The translations under genes and the position numbers were made by a program. 64,000 nucleotides of DNA, from contig JAAOMT010000586.1 in NCBI GenBank assembly GCA_016748015.1, positions 434,001-498,000 on the forward strand, read 5' to 3'. Below, piece by piece: positions 27,830-38,700 of this stretch (the stretch's first letter is position 1; each line of letters begins with the position of its first letter). The DNA comes from Geosiphon pyriformis uo1 (Eukaryota > Fungi > Glomeromycota). The notes under the pieces are model-generated. The model searched no databases. It was not told where the DNA came from and saw nothing but the letters and a program-made list of their open reading frames with translations.

Positions 27830-28260
27830 AAATATTTTGACAACCAAGGCCAAGGAATCAGACCAGAAAAAGCACATGAAATTGATGCTAGATATGACCT
27901 AAGATACCCAGAAAAAGATACTTTGGTTCTCCAACCAAAGTTTTTGACAAAAATTAATTTCAAAATTGCTCTTGAAATTTCACCAGAAGCAATGGTTCAA
28001 ATTGCCTCCAGATCATCATTGGCAAGCAAAAGAATCAATATTAGAGGAGGAGTTATAAATGCAGGATATACTGGAGACATTATCATCATGTTACAAAATA
28101 AGACAGACAAATCATTCAAAATTGAACATGCTGAAAAAATTGCCCAAGCAATTTACTTACCCTTAATAACCATTTCGAGTTTACAATCAGTAAACAACAG
28201 AGAACAATTGGGAAAAAGTGAAAGAGGAACTCAAGGTTTTGGTTCAACTGGACGATTTAC
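27830..28260 (+). pseudogene. dUTPase domain of B1 pol
   Basis: ARYDLRYP, QIASRSSLAS, GGVINAGYTGDI, KIAQAIYLP, ERGTQGFGSTG (motifs 1-5). Confidence 0.9.
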
Positions 28261-30147
28261 AGTCCCAATAAACATAGCTCTTAATACACAAAATAAATCT
28301 CACCAGATTTTTCAACTTCCCCAACCAATTACCATTTTATCTTTTGGAGAACATCACAAAATTTACACCTGACGACTACCCAACAAATCTTTAAATCCAA
28401 TGAACAAATTTGTTTGAAGCATGAAATATCGATTTCAAACGTTTATATTCTCAAAAGAATGAAAAAATTTCAAGTTACATTCTACAACCCCAATAATTAT
28501 CCTATTGTCTTATTAAACAAATTAGAAATTGGAATCATACACAGCAATATCTTTCAAGATGAAAATCCTCAAACTGTCTCTAATTTCATCGAAATTGTAA
28601 AGCACACTCTACTCCCAAATCCAAATATCATTCCCATTACTGAAAACTACCACTTGCTGGAAAAAAAACTCTCTCGAATCAATATGGGTTCCTTAAAACC
28701 TCAACAACAAAGACAACTAAAACAATTGATAACTAAATTTGCAGATATATTTGCAAAAGACAACAATGATTTGAAAAAAACAGACATTGTTCAACATCAG
28801 ATCCATACAGAAGATGCTTTACCAAAACGTCAACAAGCTTATCAAGTGCCACCTATAAGCCACCAATTCATCAGAGAAGAGGTCCAAAGAATACTCAATA
28901 ATAGATTAATTCAACCATCAAGAAGTTCTTGGGCCTTACCAGTAGTTTTAGTTAAAATGAAAAACGGAAAAATCAGATTCTGTGTTAATTATAGACAACT
29001 GAATAGTGTTACAATTGGAGATGCCTACTCTCTTCCAAGAATTGATGACATGCTAGATGCTCTAGGAAAAGCCAAGTTCTTTTCAACTTTAGACCTGAAA
29101 AGTGGATACTGGCAAGTCAAAATGGACTCAAAAGATAGACCCAAAACAGCATTCACCACTCAAAGAAGAAACTATGAGTTTAATGTTATGCCTTTTGGAC
29201 TCTGCAATGCACCAGCAACATTTCAGTGACTCATGGATGTTGTCTATAAAGGGCTCTTGTGGCAATCAGTAGTTGTCTATCTTGATAATACTGATGTATA
29301 CTCACCAAGCTTTGAAACCCATCTCATTCACCTGCAAAAAGTTTTTCAATGATTACGGAAAGCAGGATTAAAGTTAAATATTAAGAAATGTCACTTTGAA
29401 AAAACAAGCTTAATCTTTCTTGAACACATAGTTAGTAAAGATGGAATCAAACCAAATCCAGGAACAATCAGTGCTGTCAAAAACTTTCAAACCCCCAGAA
29501 ATACTACAAAACTAAGAGAATTTGTGGGATTAGCCTCTTACTATCAAAAATTCATAAAAGGATTCTTAGAAATTGCCAAACCACTCAATTATCTTACCAA
29601 CAAAAACGTACCATATAAATGGACTGAAAAACAACAAAAAGCTTTTGAAATTCTCAAAACAAAATCGACAACAGCCCCAGTTCTTGCTTACTCAGACTTC
29701 AACAAACAATTCCAATTAGCCATTAATGCTTTACACATAGCATTTGGTGCCATCTTATCACAATTGAATGAAAATGGCCAAGAACAAGTTATTGCCTATG
29801 CCAGCAGAACACTTAAGCCAACAGAACTCAAATATGGCTCAATTGAATTAGAAGCTGCCACAGTTATTTGGGCTCTTAAACATTTTCAACAATATCTGAA
29901 GAATGGAAAAGAATTTGACATAATAACGAACAACATTGGCCTCAAATGGCTCAATAAAAAGAAAACTGAACAAAATGCCAAACAGTCTCGATGGAATGAC
30001 TTTCTAGCAGACTACAGATATATTGTATATTACAAACCAGAAAAACTACATACTAATGTTGATAGCCTCTCAAGAATGAAACAAGATTAATACCAACAAC
30101 AATTCCACCACAACTTACCAACTTACCAACAAAATAACCAAACAAGA

Positions 30148-31482
30148 ATGGACTCCAGAAATTACAGCAATCTTAAAAATTATTTGAAGACTCTTACCAT
30201 GCCAGAAAACTGGTCTCTAAGTGAAAAACACTGCTTACAACACCAATCAAAACAATATTTCATACACCAGAACAAAATCTATTATAAAAATCACAGAAAA
30301 CCAAGCCAGTCACTCAGATTAGTACAAGAGAATAAAAAAAAAACAATTTTATACAACATGCACACAGATCCGTCTTCAGCACACTTGGGAAGAGATAGAA
30401 CAATTCAAAGAACCCTTGAACATTATTTTTGGCCTCACATACAAAAAGACATTTGACAATATGTAGAATCTTGTGATAGTTGTCAAAGAAAAGGAAGAAC
30501 TTGCCCCACAGAACCTTTAAATCCAATCAAAGTTAGACAACCTTTTGACAAAGTTGGAATTGATTTAGTCAGACCATTACCTATCACAACCCAAAAGAAT
30601 CATTATATTGCAGTTGCAGTGGATTATCTTACCAAATGGCCTGAAGCTAGAGCCATCCAAAAAGCAGATGCAAAATCAGTAGCAAATTTCATTTATGAAG
30701 ACATTATCTGTAGACATGGATGCCCAATTGAACTCTTATCTAATCAAGGAACACATTTTGTAAACAACTTGATACAAAAAATTTGTGAACAATTCAATGT
30801 CAAAAGACTTCTATCATCACCATATCACTCTTAAACAAATAGACTTGTAGAACGTTTCAACAGAACATTGTGTGAATCTCTAGCCAAAGTCTCAACAAAC
30901 TTTGAGCAGGAATGGCATATCTTTATTCCATCAGTGTTACTAGCATACAGAACACTAAAACAAAATACTATGAAACACACATCATTTAATTTTACTTATG
31001 GAAGGACAGCAACATTACCAATTAATTTCACAGTGGAAACATACCCAGTGCAACCAATCAATGAAGAAAACTTTCAAGAGACACTCCAAAGAAGAGCCTA
31101 CACTCTTTTTACTACACTGGAAGGAAAAAAAAAAATAGCAGCAACTCATATTGAACATTCCCAAGCTCAACAAAAAAAAAGACATGACAACAAATTACTA
31201 CTTATTACCAACGAATTTAAAGTTGAAAATAAAGTTCTCTTACACAGAACTAAGGCTGAAAAACAATGGAGTGGAAAATTTGAAAACAAATGAGATGGAC
31301 AATTTTATATTCACGAAATTCTAGGTAATGGATCATATAAGTTAAGACTTGATGACAAAATACTAGCAAAAGTTGCACATGGAAACAGATTGAAGCACTA
31401 TCATTCCAGAAACAATCCTGAACTATTAATTCCACAAATTGATACACATTCCCTTTTAATTAATCCTAAAGATATTCCCTAA
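30148..31482 (+). pseudogene. B1 integrase (separate ORF after the RNase H stop)
   Basis: HHCC (MH...AHLG...CDSC), VGIDLV, DYLTKWPEA, NQGTHF, GLVERFNR-like, W-GQFYI (GPY/F). No chromodomain seen. Confidence 0.9.
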
Positions 31483-31717
31483 AATTTAGAACCAATAATT
31501 ATAATAGAACAACAACTAAACTTGAACACTTAAATTTTACAATAATTCTCTAATAAAAACACCAAAACAAAAATAGTAAATAATTACAAAACACTCAAAC
31601 CCAAAAACAAATAAAAACTCCATATCCAAAAATAATTTTCTTTATTCTCTCTTTTCATAATTAGTTAATTTTATCATGATTATTCCTCGAAATATTTAAC
31701 AAATATCCCAAAAATTA

Positions 31718-32383
31718 ATGTTAGCCTTAAAAACACTCCCTAACTTATCTATAACAATTAATGGAAGTCAAATTAATTACATTCAGAAAGAAACCACAGC
31801 CCCAGTAGCAAATTATTTACAGAACTATCACCCCTATAGAAAAAAAACAAGAAGTCACTCTGAAAATAGATTATCAAGACTTTTAAAGCAAGCACTAGAA
31901 GAAAATCTTTTAATTGCCCCTATTGACATTCCACCAAATGCTACAATGTAACAAAAACTTCTACTACTTCTCAATAAACAAAACAATAAACACACCTCTA
32001 TCTATAAATACTTTTACATTGGAAAAACACTTTATGAATGAAAACTGGAACTTGAAGCAACAAATCTCACTCCTGAAGTCATACAAAAACAAATCCACAA
32101 TAAATTCAAAACAGCAGCTGGACCAACAAACACTCGCTACAAACTTAGAGCAGCTCTTAAACTCTATGACTTGTTTAATACTTGTGAAAATGTACTACAA
32201 AATCCAATACTGCAACCAATGAAAGTCCAATATATTGGCAAACTTACAAAACTGAAATTTCAACAATTTTCAGACCAGATTACTTCAATTATTTTGGATC
32301 ACTATCTCAATATTACAGATAGTGCTTGGACTTTGACGGAGCTCAGTCTTGAGGAGGAGATTATGTTACCAATAGAATTTTAG
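31718..32383 (+). pseudogene. B1 ORF3 (about 220 aa, unknown function, no transmembrane segment) running into PPT/3'LTR
   Basis: One reading frame with 2 internal stops. Homologous ORFs occur in B2 (37408-36743) and C (54302-54865). Confidence 0.7.
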
Positions 32384-33796
32384 TTATTAATTAGCATGAA
32401 ATTACCCTTATAATTCCTATAATTAATTAGTATATTAATATCATTTCAAATTATCATTTATTATTTAATCAATTATCACATATCACGATTCAATTAAATA
32501 ATCTAATTAGTATAACAGAAAGTAGGATAATCAAATTACACAATACCCTGAACTTTATAATATTCAAAAATTCGCCGAAATTTATAAGAAATTCGCCGAA
32601 ATTTACAGAAATTCGCCGAAATTATAAATAGTTCACCCAAATTAATCAATAGTTCAGCGAAATAACTTGTAGTTTATTAAAATGTATCTTTAGTTCGCTG
32701 AAATTTGAGCAAAGAGAAAAAGTGCAAGTTCATAGACTAGTATTACAACAAGTTGTATAAAAAAAAGCTTTTCTCTTCTGGAAAATTTATCTTACTTTAG
32801 ATTTATCACTTAGAACCATTCCTATACATACAAAAAGAAATAAATATCAAATAATTCGAAAAAAAACCAAATTTTTTAATTATTGTACTTGGAAAATCCC
32901 CAAAACCCAACTAACATTTCGAAATTGATTAGCTACCAATTTCAGTAAACTGTTAGTGACTCCAGGCCTGAATAGAAAACGTTTTCCTTGACAAAATTCT
33001 ATTTCTTTTACATTTCTTTTATTTTTTTTTCTTTTCTTCTTACAATCATTAGGGTAGCTTACAGACAAGATTTCTGTAGAAGAGTTGACTTTCACAGCAA
33101 AGTAACTACATATTTTAGTAAGCTTCCAGATGAGCAATTCTTGGGAAAAGGTTGACATTTACTACAACATAACTACATAAAGTAACTGGCACGGAATTGG
33201 CCATTCCACTTATAAGCCCAGCAGTTCAAATTATAAGAGATAATTTGAAGATAAATTCAGTTATTGGAGGTTCAACCACATCCAGAAAACGTGAAATCAC
33301 AATAAACAGGCATCAACAACATTTAAAAAAAGAGACCAAAAACCTCCGGTAACATCGCTATATATATATAATTTATATTATATAAGATTCTGCACATTTG
33401 TGAGCAATGTGCCATGATTTCTCAAGCAATGCTTACATTGCTGAGCAATGTGTCTGTAATTTCTGACAATGTGCTCATTGCTGAACAATGTGCTGTGATT
33501 CTCTGACAATGCTTCACATTGTTGAGCAATGTGCTCACATACTAAATACTATTCTCTTATTGGTCTATTTTTTCTATTTGTTTTTCCTACTATTTTCTTG
33601 TATTCTTTTTCTATGAGTAACATTATTCTCTCTTTTAATATTGAGCTCCTGCAAAATCTTCTAAATTTCTCTTTTGTATCAATGTTGTTGCTGTAATTTC
33701 TATTGCTATTTATAAATCTAATTTTATATGTTGTTACTTATAAAAAGAAAATAGGTATGGAAAATAGCAAACCAATAAGAAAATAGTATTTAGCAT

Positions 33797-33990
33797 GTGA
33801 GCATATTGCTCAGCAATGTGGAGCAATATCAGAAATTATGGCACATTGTTCAGCAATATGGAGCAATGTTAGAAAACATAGCACATTGCTCAGCAATGTG
33901 GAGCAATATTAAAAAAGTAGAGCACATTACTCAGCAATGTAAGCATTGCTCAAGAAATTATAGCACATCACTCAGAAATATGAACAATCT
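33797..33990 (+). repeat. 40-41 bp tandem repeats with palindrome CACATTGCT-C-AGCAATGTG in LTR U3 (type 1)
   Basis: About 5 units in the C 5'LTR and about 3 in the C 3'LTR (54945-55050). Also present in the A1 LTRs. Confidence 0.85.
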
Positions 33991-34784
33991 CGTAGAACAT
34001 CAATTATGTATAAATAACAGTAGCATTAGAAGGGAAAAGCAGAATCCTTTAGTTAGAAATCTTCAATTCAAAAATATTGAATAAATAAATTATTTACCTT
34101 CCAAATCCATTCTTCACTATTAACATTCTATGTTGATAGCAATTGATACTTAACCACACTAGAACAATAGCTCTTGATCATGGCTATTGATAAATACTAA
34201 TTTGTGCATTGCCTTGGCTCATTTCTTTATGTCATTTCTTTTATTTCTTGCCTTAATTGTTGTTATTACTAACTCTATTAAGGATTAACACGCGAAGTAC
34301 TGACATCAGAATATAGCACTGGTAAAAGACCCAGAAATAAGGGTAAAACACTCAATTAAGGATAGCTTATCAGGAGGAATACCAGCCATCAAGCTGAGAA
34401 AGAAATTGATGAAACTGCAGTTTTGGGAAGCTACAGATAAAACTATTATCACTGAGTCTCTGTCTATTATACAAAGAACTTAACCAAAGCCTTCAGATAA
34501 ACACATCTTCAGATATTACTAACAATATTATATCAATTGAGCACCAAGTTACGGGTTTGTTATTTGCCTTGAGACCCTAAGTAATCATTTGTAACATTTG
34601 GTGTTCCCTATGAGGTATAATCTTACAGAAAATCAGTACTAACAAATAAATCAACAGTAACAGAATCAGAAAATATAGGAGCAAACTATTTAGGATTTGC
34701 GAAATCCTTATTTTAATACTACTGTCAACACTTGGGATTAACTCTGAATTACATATTAACAGAATTAGCCTTCAACTTTTACAT

Positions 34785-35763
34785 TGTTACTCATAGAATA
34801 TAGGAAGTATATTAGCATATAAATTAGCTAATCAGAGATAGACATAGTAAATATGGAATTTCAGGATTTCTCTTAAAGGAATTGCAGGATTCCAGGAATT
34901 TCAGGATTCTTATATGAGGAATTGCAGAATTGCAGAATTCCAAAATTCCTCTCAAAAGAATTGCAGGATTCCAGGAATTCCAGGATTCCTGACATGAAGA
35001 ATTGAGGAATTGAAGAATCTCAAATATATATATATAGCAGTAGTATCAGAAGTTAGAAAATGAGTCAATGAGACTTGGAGTCAATTAATTCGTGGAGTCA
35101 ATTAGACTCATAGAATCAATTAAACTTGCAAAATCATAATTATTAAAATTACAAAAAAAAAAAGAATCTTTTAGTGAGATCTCTCAAGTTTAGATTTAAT
35201 CTTAGCAACTCTCCAAATCATAACCATCTAATAAATAACTATTTGTTATCTTAAATCTATTTCCACTATCAACACTTCATGTTGATAATAATTAACACGT
35301 AAACACACTGAAACAATAGCTCTTGATCATGGCTATTGATGGAATACTAACTTGCAAATCACCTTGGCTTATTTCTTTTCTTTCTTTATTTTCTTTTTCT
35401 TTTCTTCATTTTTTTGCTTTGAGTTTATTGTTGTTTACTAACTCTATTGAGAATTAGTGCATAAGGCACTGATGTCAGAATAAATGTGACTAGTAAAAAA
35501 CCCAGAAATAAGGGTAGAACACTCGATTGAGGATAGCTTACCAGGAGAAATACCAGCCATCAAGCTGAGAAAAAAATTGATGAAACTGCAGTTTCGGGAA
35601 GCTACAGATAAAACTATTACCATTGAATCTCTGTCCATTATATAAAAAACTCAACCAAAACCTTCAAATACAAACCTTCAGATCATCATCAACTGTGACT
35701 CAATTTGAGCACCAAGTTACGGGTTTTTATTTAATCCAACAAAAGAAATATTCACCTGTAACA
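34785..35763 (+). mobile_element. Solo LTR D in the gag of element C
   Basis: TGTTACT...TGTAACA, flanked by ACAT/ACAT. U3 carries GGAATTGCAGGATTCCAGGAATT repeats. Confidence 0.9.
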
Positions 35764-35767
35764 ACAT

Positions 35768-38700
35768 TGTTACCAGAGGTTTTTGGTCTTTTTTCTTGAA
35801 TGTTGTTACTGTTTGTCTGTTGTTAATTTCACGTTTTCTGGAAGCAATTGAACCTCCAATAACTGAATTTATCTTCAAATTATCTCCTATAATTTGAACT
35901 GCTGGGCTTATGAAGGAAATGGCCAATTCTTTGCCAGTTATTTTATGTAGTTATGTTGTAATAAATGTCAACTCTTTCCCAGGAATTGCTCATCTGGAAG
36001 CTCACTAAAAAATGTGTAGTTACTTTGCTGTGAAAGTCAACTCTTCTACAGAAATTTTGTCTGTAGGCTACCTTAATAATTGTAATAAGAAAAGAAAAGA
36101 AAAATAAAAGAAATGTAAAAGAAATAGAATTTTATCAAGAGAAATGTTTTCTATCCAGGCCTAGAGTCACTAACAGTTTATTGAAATTGGTAGCTAATCA
36201 ATTTCAAAACGTTAGTTGGGTTTTGGGGATTTTCTAAGTGCAATAATTAAAGAATTTGGTTTTTCGAATTTATTTGATATTTATTTTTTTTTGTGTGTAT
36301 AGAAATGGTTCTAAGTGATAAATTTAAAGTAAGATACATTTTCTTGAAGAGAAAAGCTCTTCTTTTATACAGCTTGTTGTAGTACTAGTCTATGAACTTG
36401 CACTTTTTCTCTTTGCTCAAATTTTGGCAAATTAAAGATACATTTTGATGAACTACAAGTTATTTTGCTAAACTATTGATTAATTTGGGTGAACTATTTA
36501 TAATTTCGGCGAATTTCTGTAAATTTCGGTGAATTTCTTATAAATTTCGGCGAATTTTTGAATATTATAAAGTTCAGAGTATTGTGTAATTTGATCATCC
36601 TACTTTCTGTTATACTAATTAGATTATTTTAATTAAATCGTAATATGTAATAATTGATTAAATAATAAATGATAATTTGAAATGATATTAATATACTAAT
36701 TAATTATAGGAATTATAAGGGTAATTTCATGCTAATTAATAACTAAAATTCTACTGGTAACATAATCTTCTCCTCAAGACTGAGCTCCGTCGAAATCCAA
36801 GCACTATCTGTAATATTGAGATAGTAATCCAAAATAATTGAAGTAATCTGATCTGAAAATTGTTGAAATTTCAGTTCTGTGAGTTTGCCAATGTATTGGA
36901 CTTTCATTGGTTGTAGTATTGGATTTTGTAGTACATTTTCACAAGTATTAAACAAATTATAGAGTCTAACAGCTGCTTTAAGTTTGTAGCGAGTGTTTGT
37001 TGGTCCAGCTGCTGTTTTGAATTCATTGTGAATTTGTTTTTGTATAGCTTCAGGAGTGAGATTTGTTGCTTCAAATTCTAGTTTTCGTTTATAAAGTGTC
37101 TTTCCAATGTGAAAGTATTTATAAATAGGGGTGTGTTTATTGTTCTGTTCATTGAAAAGTAGTAGAAGTTTTTGTTACATTGTAGCATTTGATAAAATAT
37201 CAATAGGGACAATTAAAAGATTTTCTTCTAGTGCTTGCTTCAAAAGTCTTGGTAATCTATTTTTAGAGTGACTTCTTGTTTTTTTTCTATAGGGGTGATA
37301 GTTCTGTGAATGATTTGCTACTGGGGCTGTGGTTTTTTTCTGAATGTAATTAATTTAACTTCCATTAATTGTTATGGATAAGTCAGGAAGTGTTTTTAAG
37401 GCTAACATTAACTTTTGGGATATTTGTTGAATATTTCGGGGAATAATCATGATAAAATTGACTAATTATGAAAAGAGAAATAAGGAAAATTATTTTTGGG
37501 ATATGGGGTTTTTTATTTGTTTTTGGGTTTAAGTGTTTTTGTAATTTATTTACTATTTTTGTCTTTGTGTTTTTATTGGAGAATTATTGTAAAATTTAAG
37601 TGTTTAAGTTTGGTTGTTGTTCTATTATAATTATTGGTTCTAAATTTCAGGGAATATCTTCAGGATTAATTAAAGGGAAATGTGTACCAATTTGTGGAAT
37701 TAATAGTTCAGGATTGTTTCTGGAATAATAGTGTTTCAATCTGTTTCCATGTGCAACTTTTGCTAGTATTTTGTCATCAAGTCTTAACTTGTATAATTTA
37801 TTGCCTAGAATTTCGTGAATATAAAATGGTTCATCCTATTTGTTTTCAAATTTCCCACTCCATTGTTTTTTAGTCTTAGTTCTGTGTAAGAGAACTTTAT
37901 TTCCAACTTTAAATTCATTGGTAATAGGTGATAATTTGTTGTCATGTCTTTCTTTTTGTTAAGCTTGGGAATGTTCAATATGAGTTGCTGCTATTCTTTT
38001 TTTTTCTTCTAGTGTACTAAGAAGAGTGTAGGCTTTTCTTTGGAGTGTTTCTTGAAAGTTTTCTTCATTGATTGGTTGCACTGGGTATGTTTTCACTGTG
38101 AAATTAATTGGTAATGTTGCTGTCCTTCCATAAGTAAAATTAAATGATGTGTGTTTCATAGTATCTTGTTTTAGTGTTCTGTATGCTAGTAACACTGATG
38201 GAATAAAGATATCCCATTTCTGCTCAAAGTCTGTTGAGACTTTGGCTAGAGATTCACACAATGTTCTATTAAAACGTTCTACAAGTCCATTTGTTTAAGG
38301 GTGATAAAGTGATGATAGAGGTCTTTTGACATTAAATTGTTCACAAATTTTTTGTATCAAGTTGTTCACAAAATGTGTTCCTTGATTAGATAAGAGTTCA
38401 ATTGGGCATCCATGTCTACAGATAATGTTTTCATAGATAAAATTTGCTACTGATTTTGCATCTGCTTTTTGGATGGCTCTAGCTTCAGGCCATTTGGTAA
38501 GATAATCCACTGCAACTGCAATATAATGATTCTTTTGGGTTGTGATAGGTAATGGTCTGACTAAATCAATTCCAACTTTGTCAAAAGGTTGTTCAACTTT
38601 GATTGGATTTAAAGGTTCTGTGGGGTGAGTTCCTCCTTTTCTTTGACAACTATCACAAGATTCTACATATTGTCAAATGTCTTTTTGTATGTAAGACCAA

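Larger units (their letters stand above)
24049..33354 (+). mobile_element. Element B1: near full-length Ty3/Gypsy retrotransposon with dUTPase, inserted in the A1 3'LTR; two N gaps
   Basis: LTRs 24049-(gap) and 32364-33354 (TATTACC/TGTTACC...GGTAACA), PPT GAGGAGGAGATTA. Gag, PR (LILNSG), dUTPase, RT (LDLKSGYWQV, MPFGLCNAPATFQ), RNase H and integrase. TSD TTGC/TCGC. Confidence 0.92.

Noticed and set aside
31260-31530. Chromodomain after integrase
   Set aside because: The sequence after the GPY/F module is short and lacks chromodomain aromatic residues.
31718-32383. ORF3 as env
   Set aside because: No signal peptide, furin site or transmembrane helix is visible.
32880-33158. Antisense ORF in B-family LTRs
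   Set aside because: It is interrupted or shifted in other LTR copies, and no domain is recognisable.
33797-33990. Regularly spaced palindromic repeats as a CRISPR array
   Set aside because: The spacers are themselves repeated, the array lies inside eukaryotic LTRs, and there are no cas genes.
34855-35020. GAA/TTC arrays in the U3 of D and E as heat-shock elements
   Set aside because: Spacing is TTCnnnGAA or GAATTC, not the nGAAnnTTCn period.
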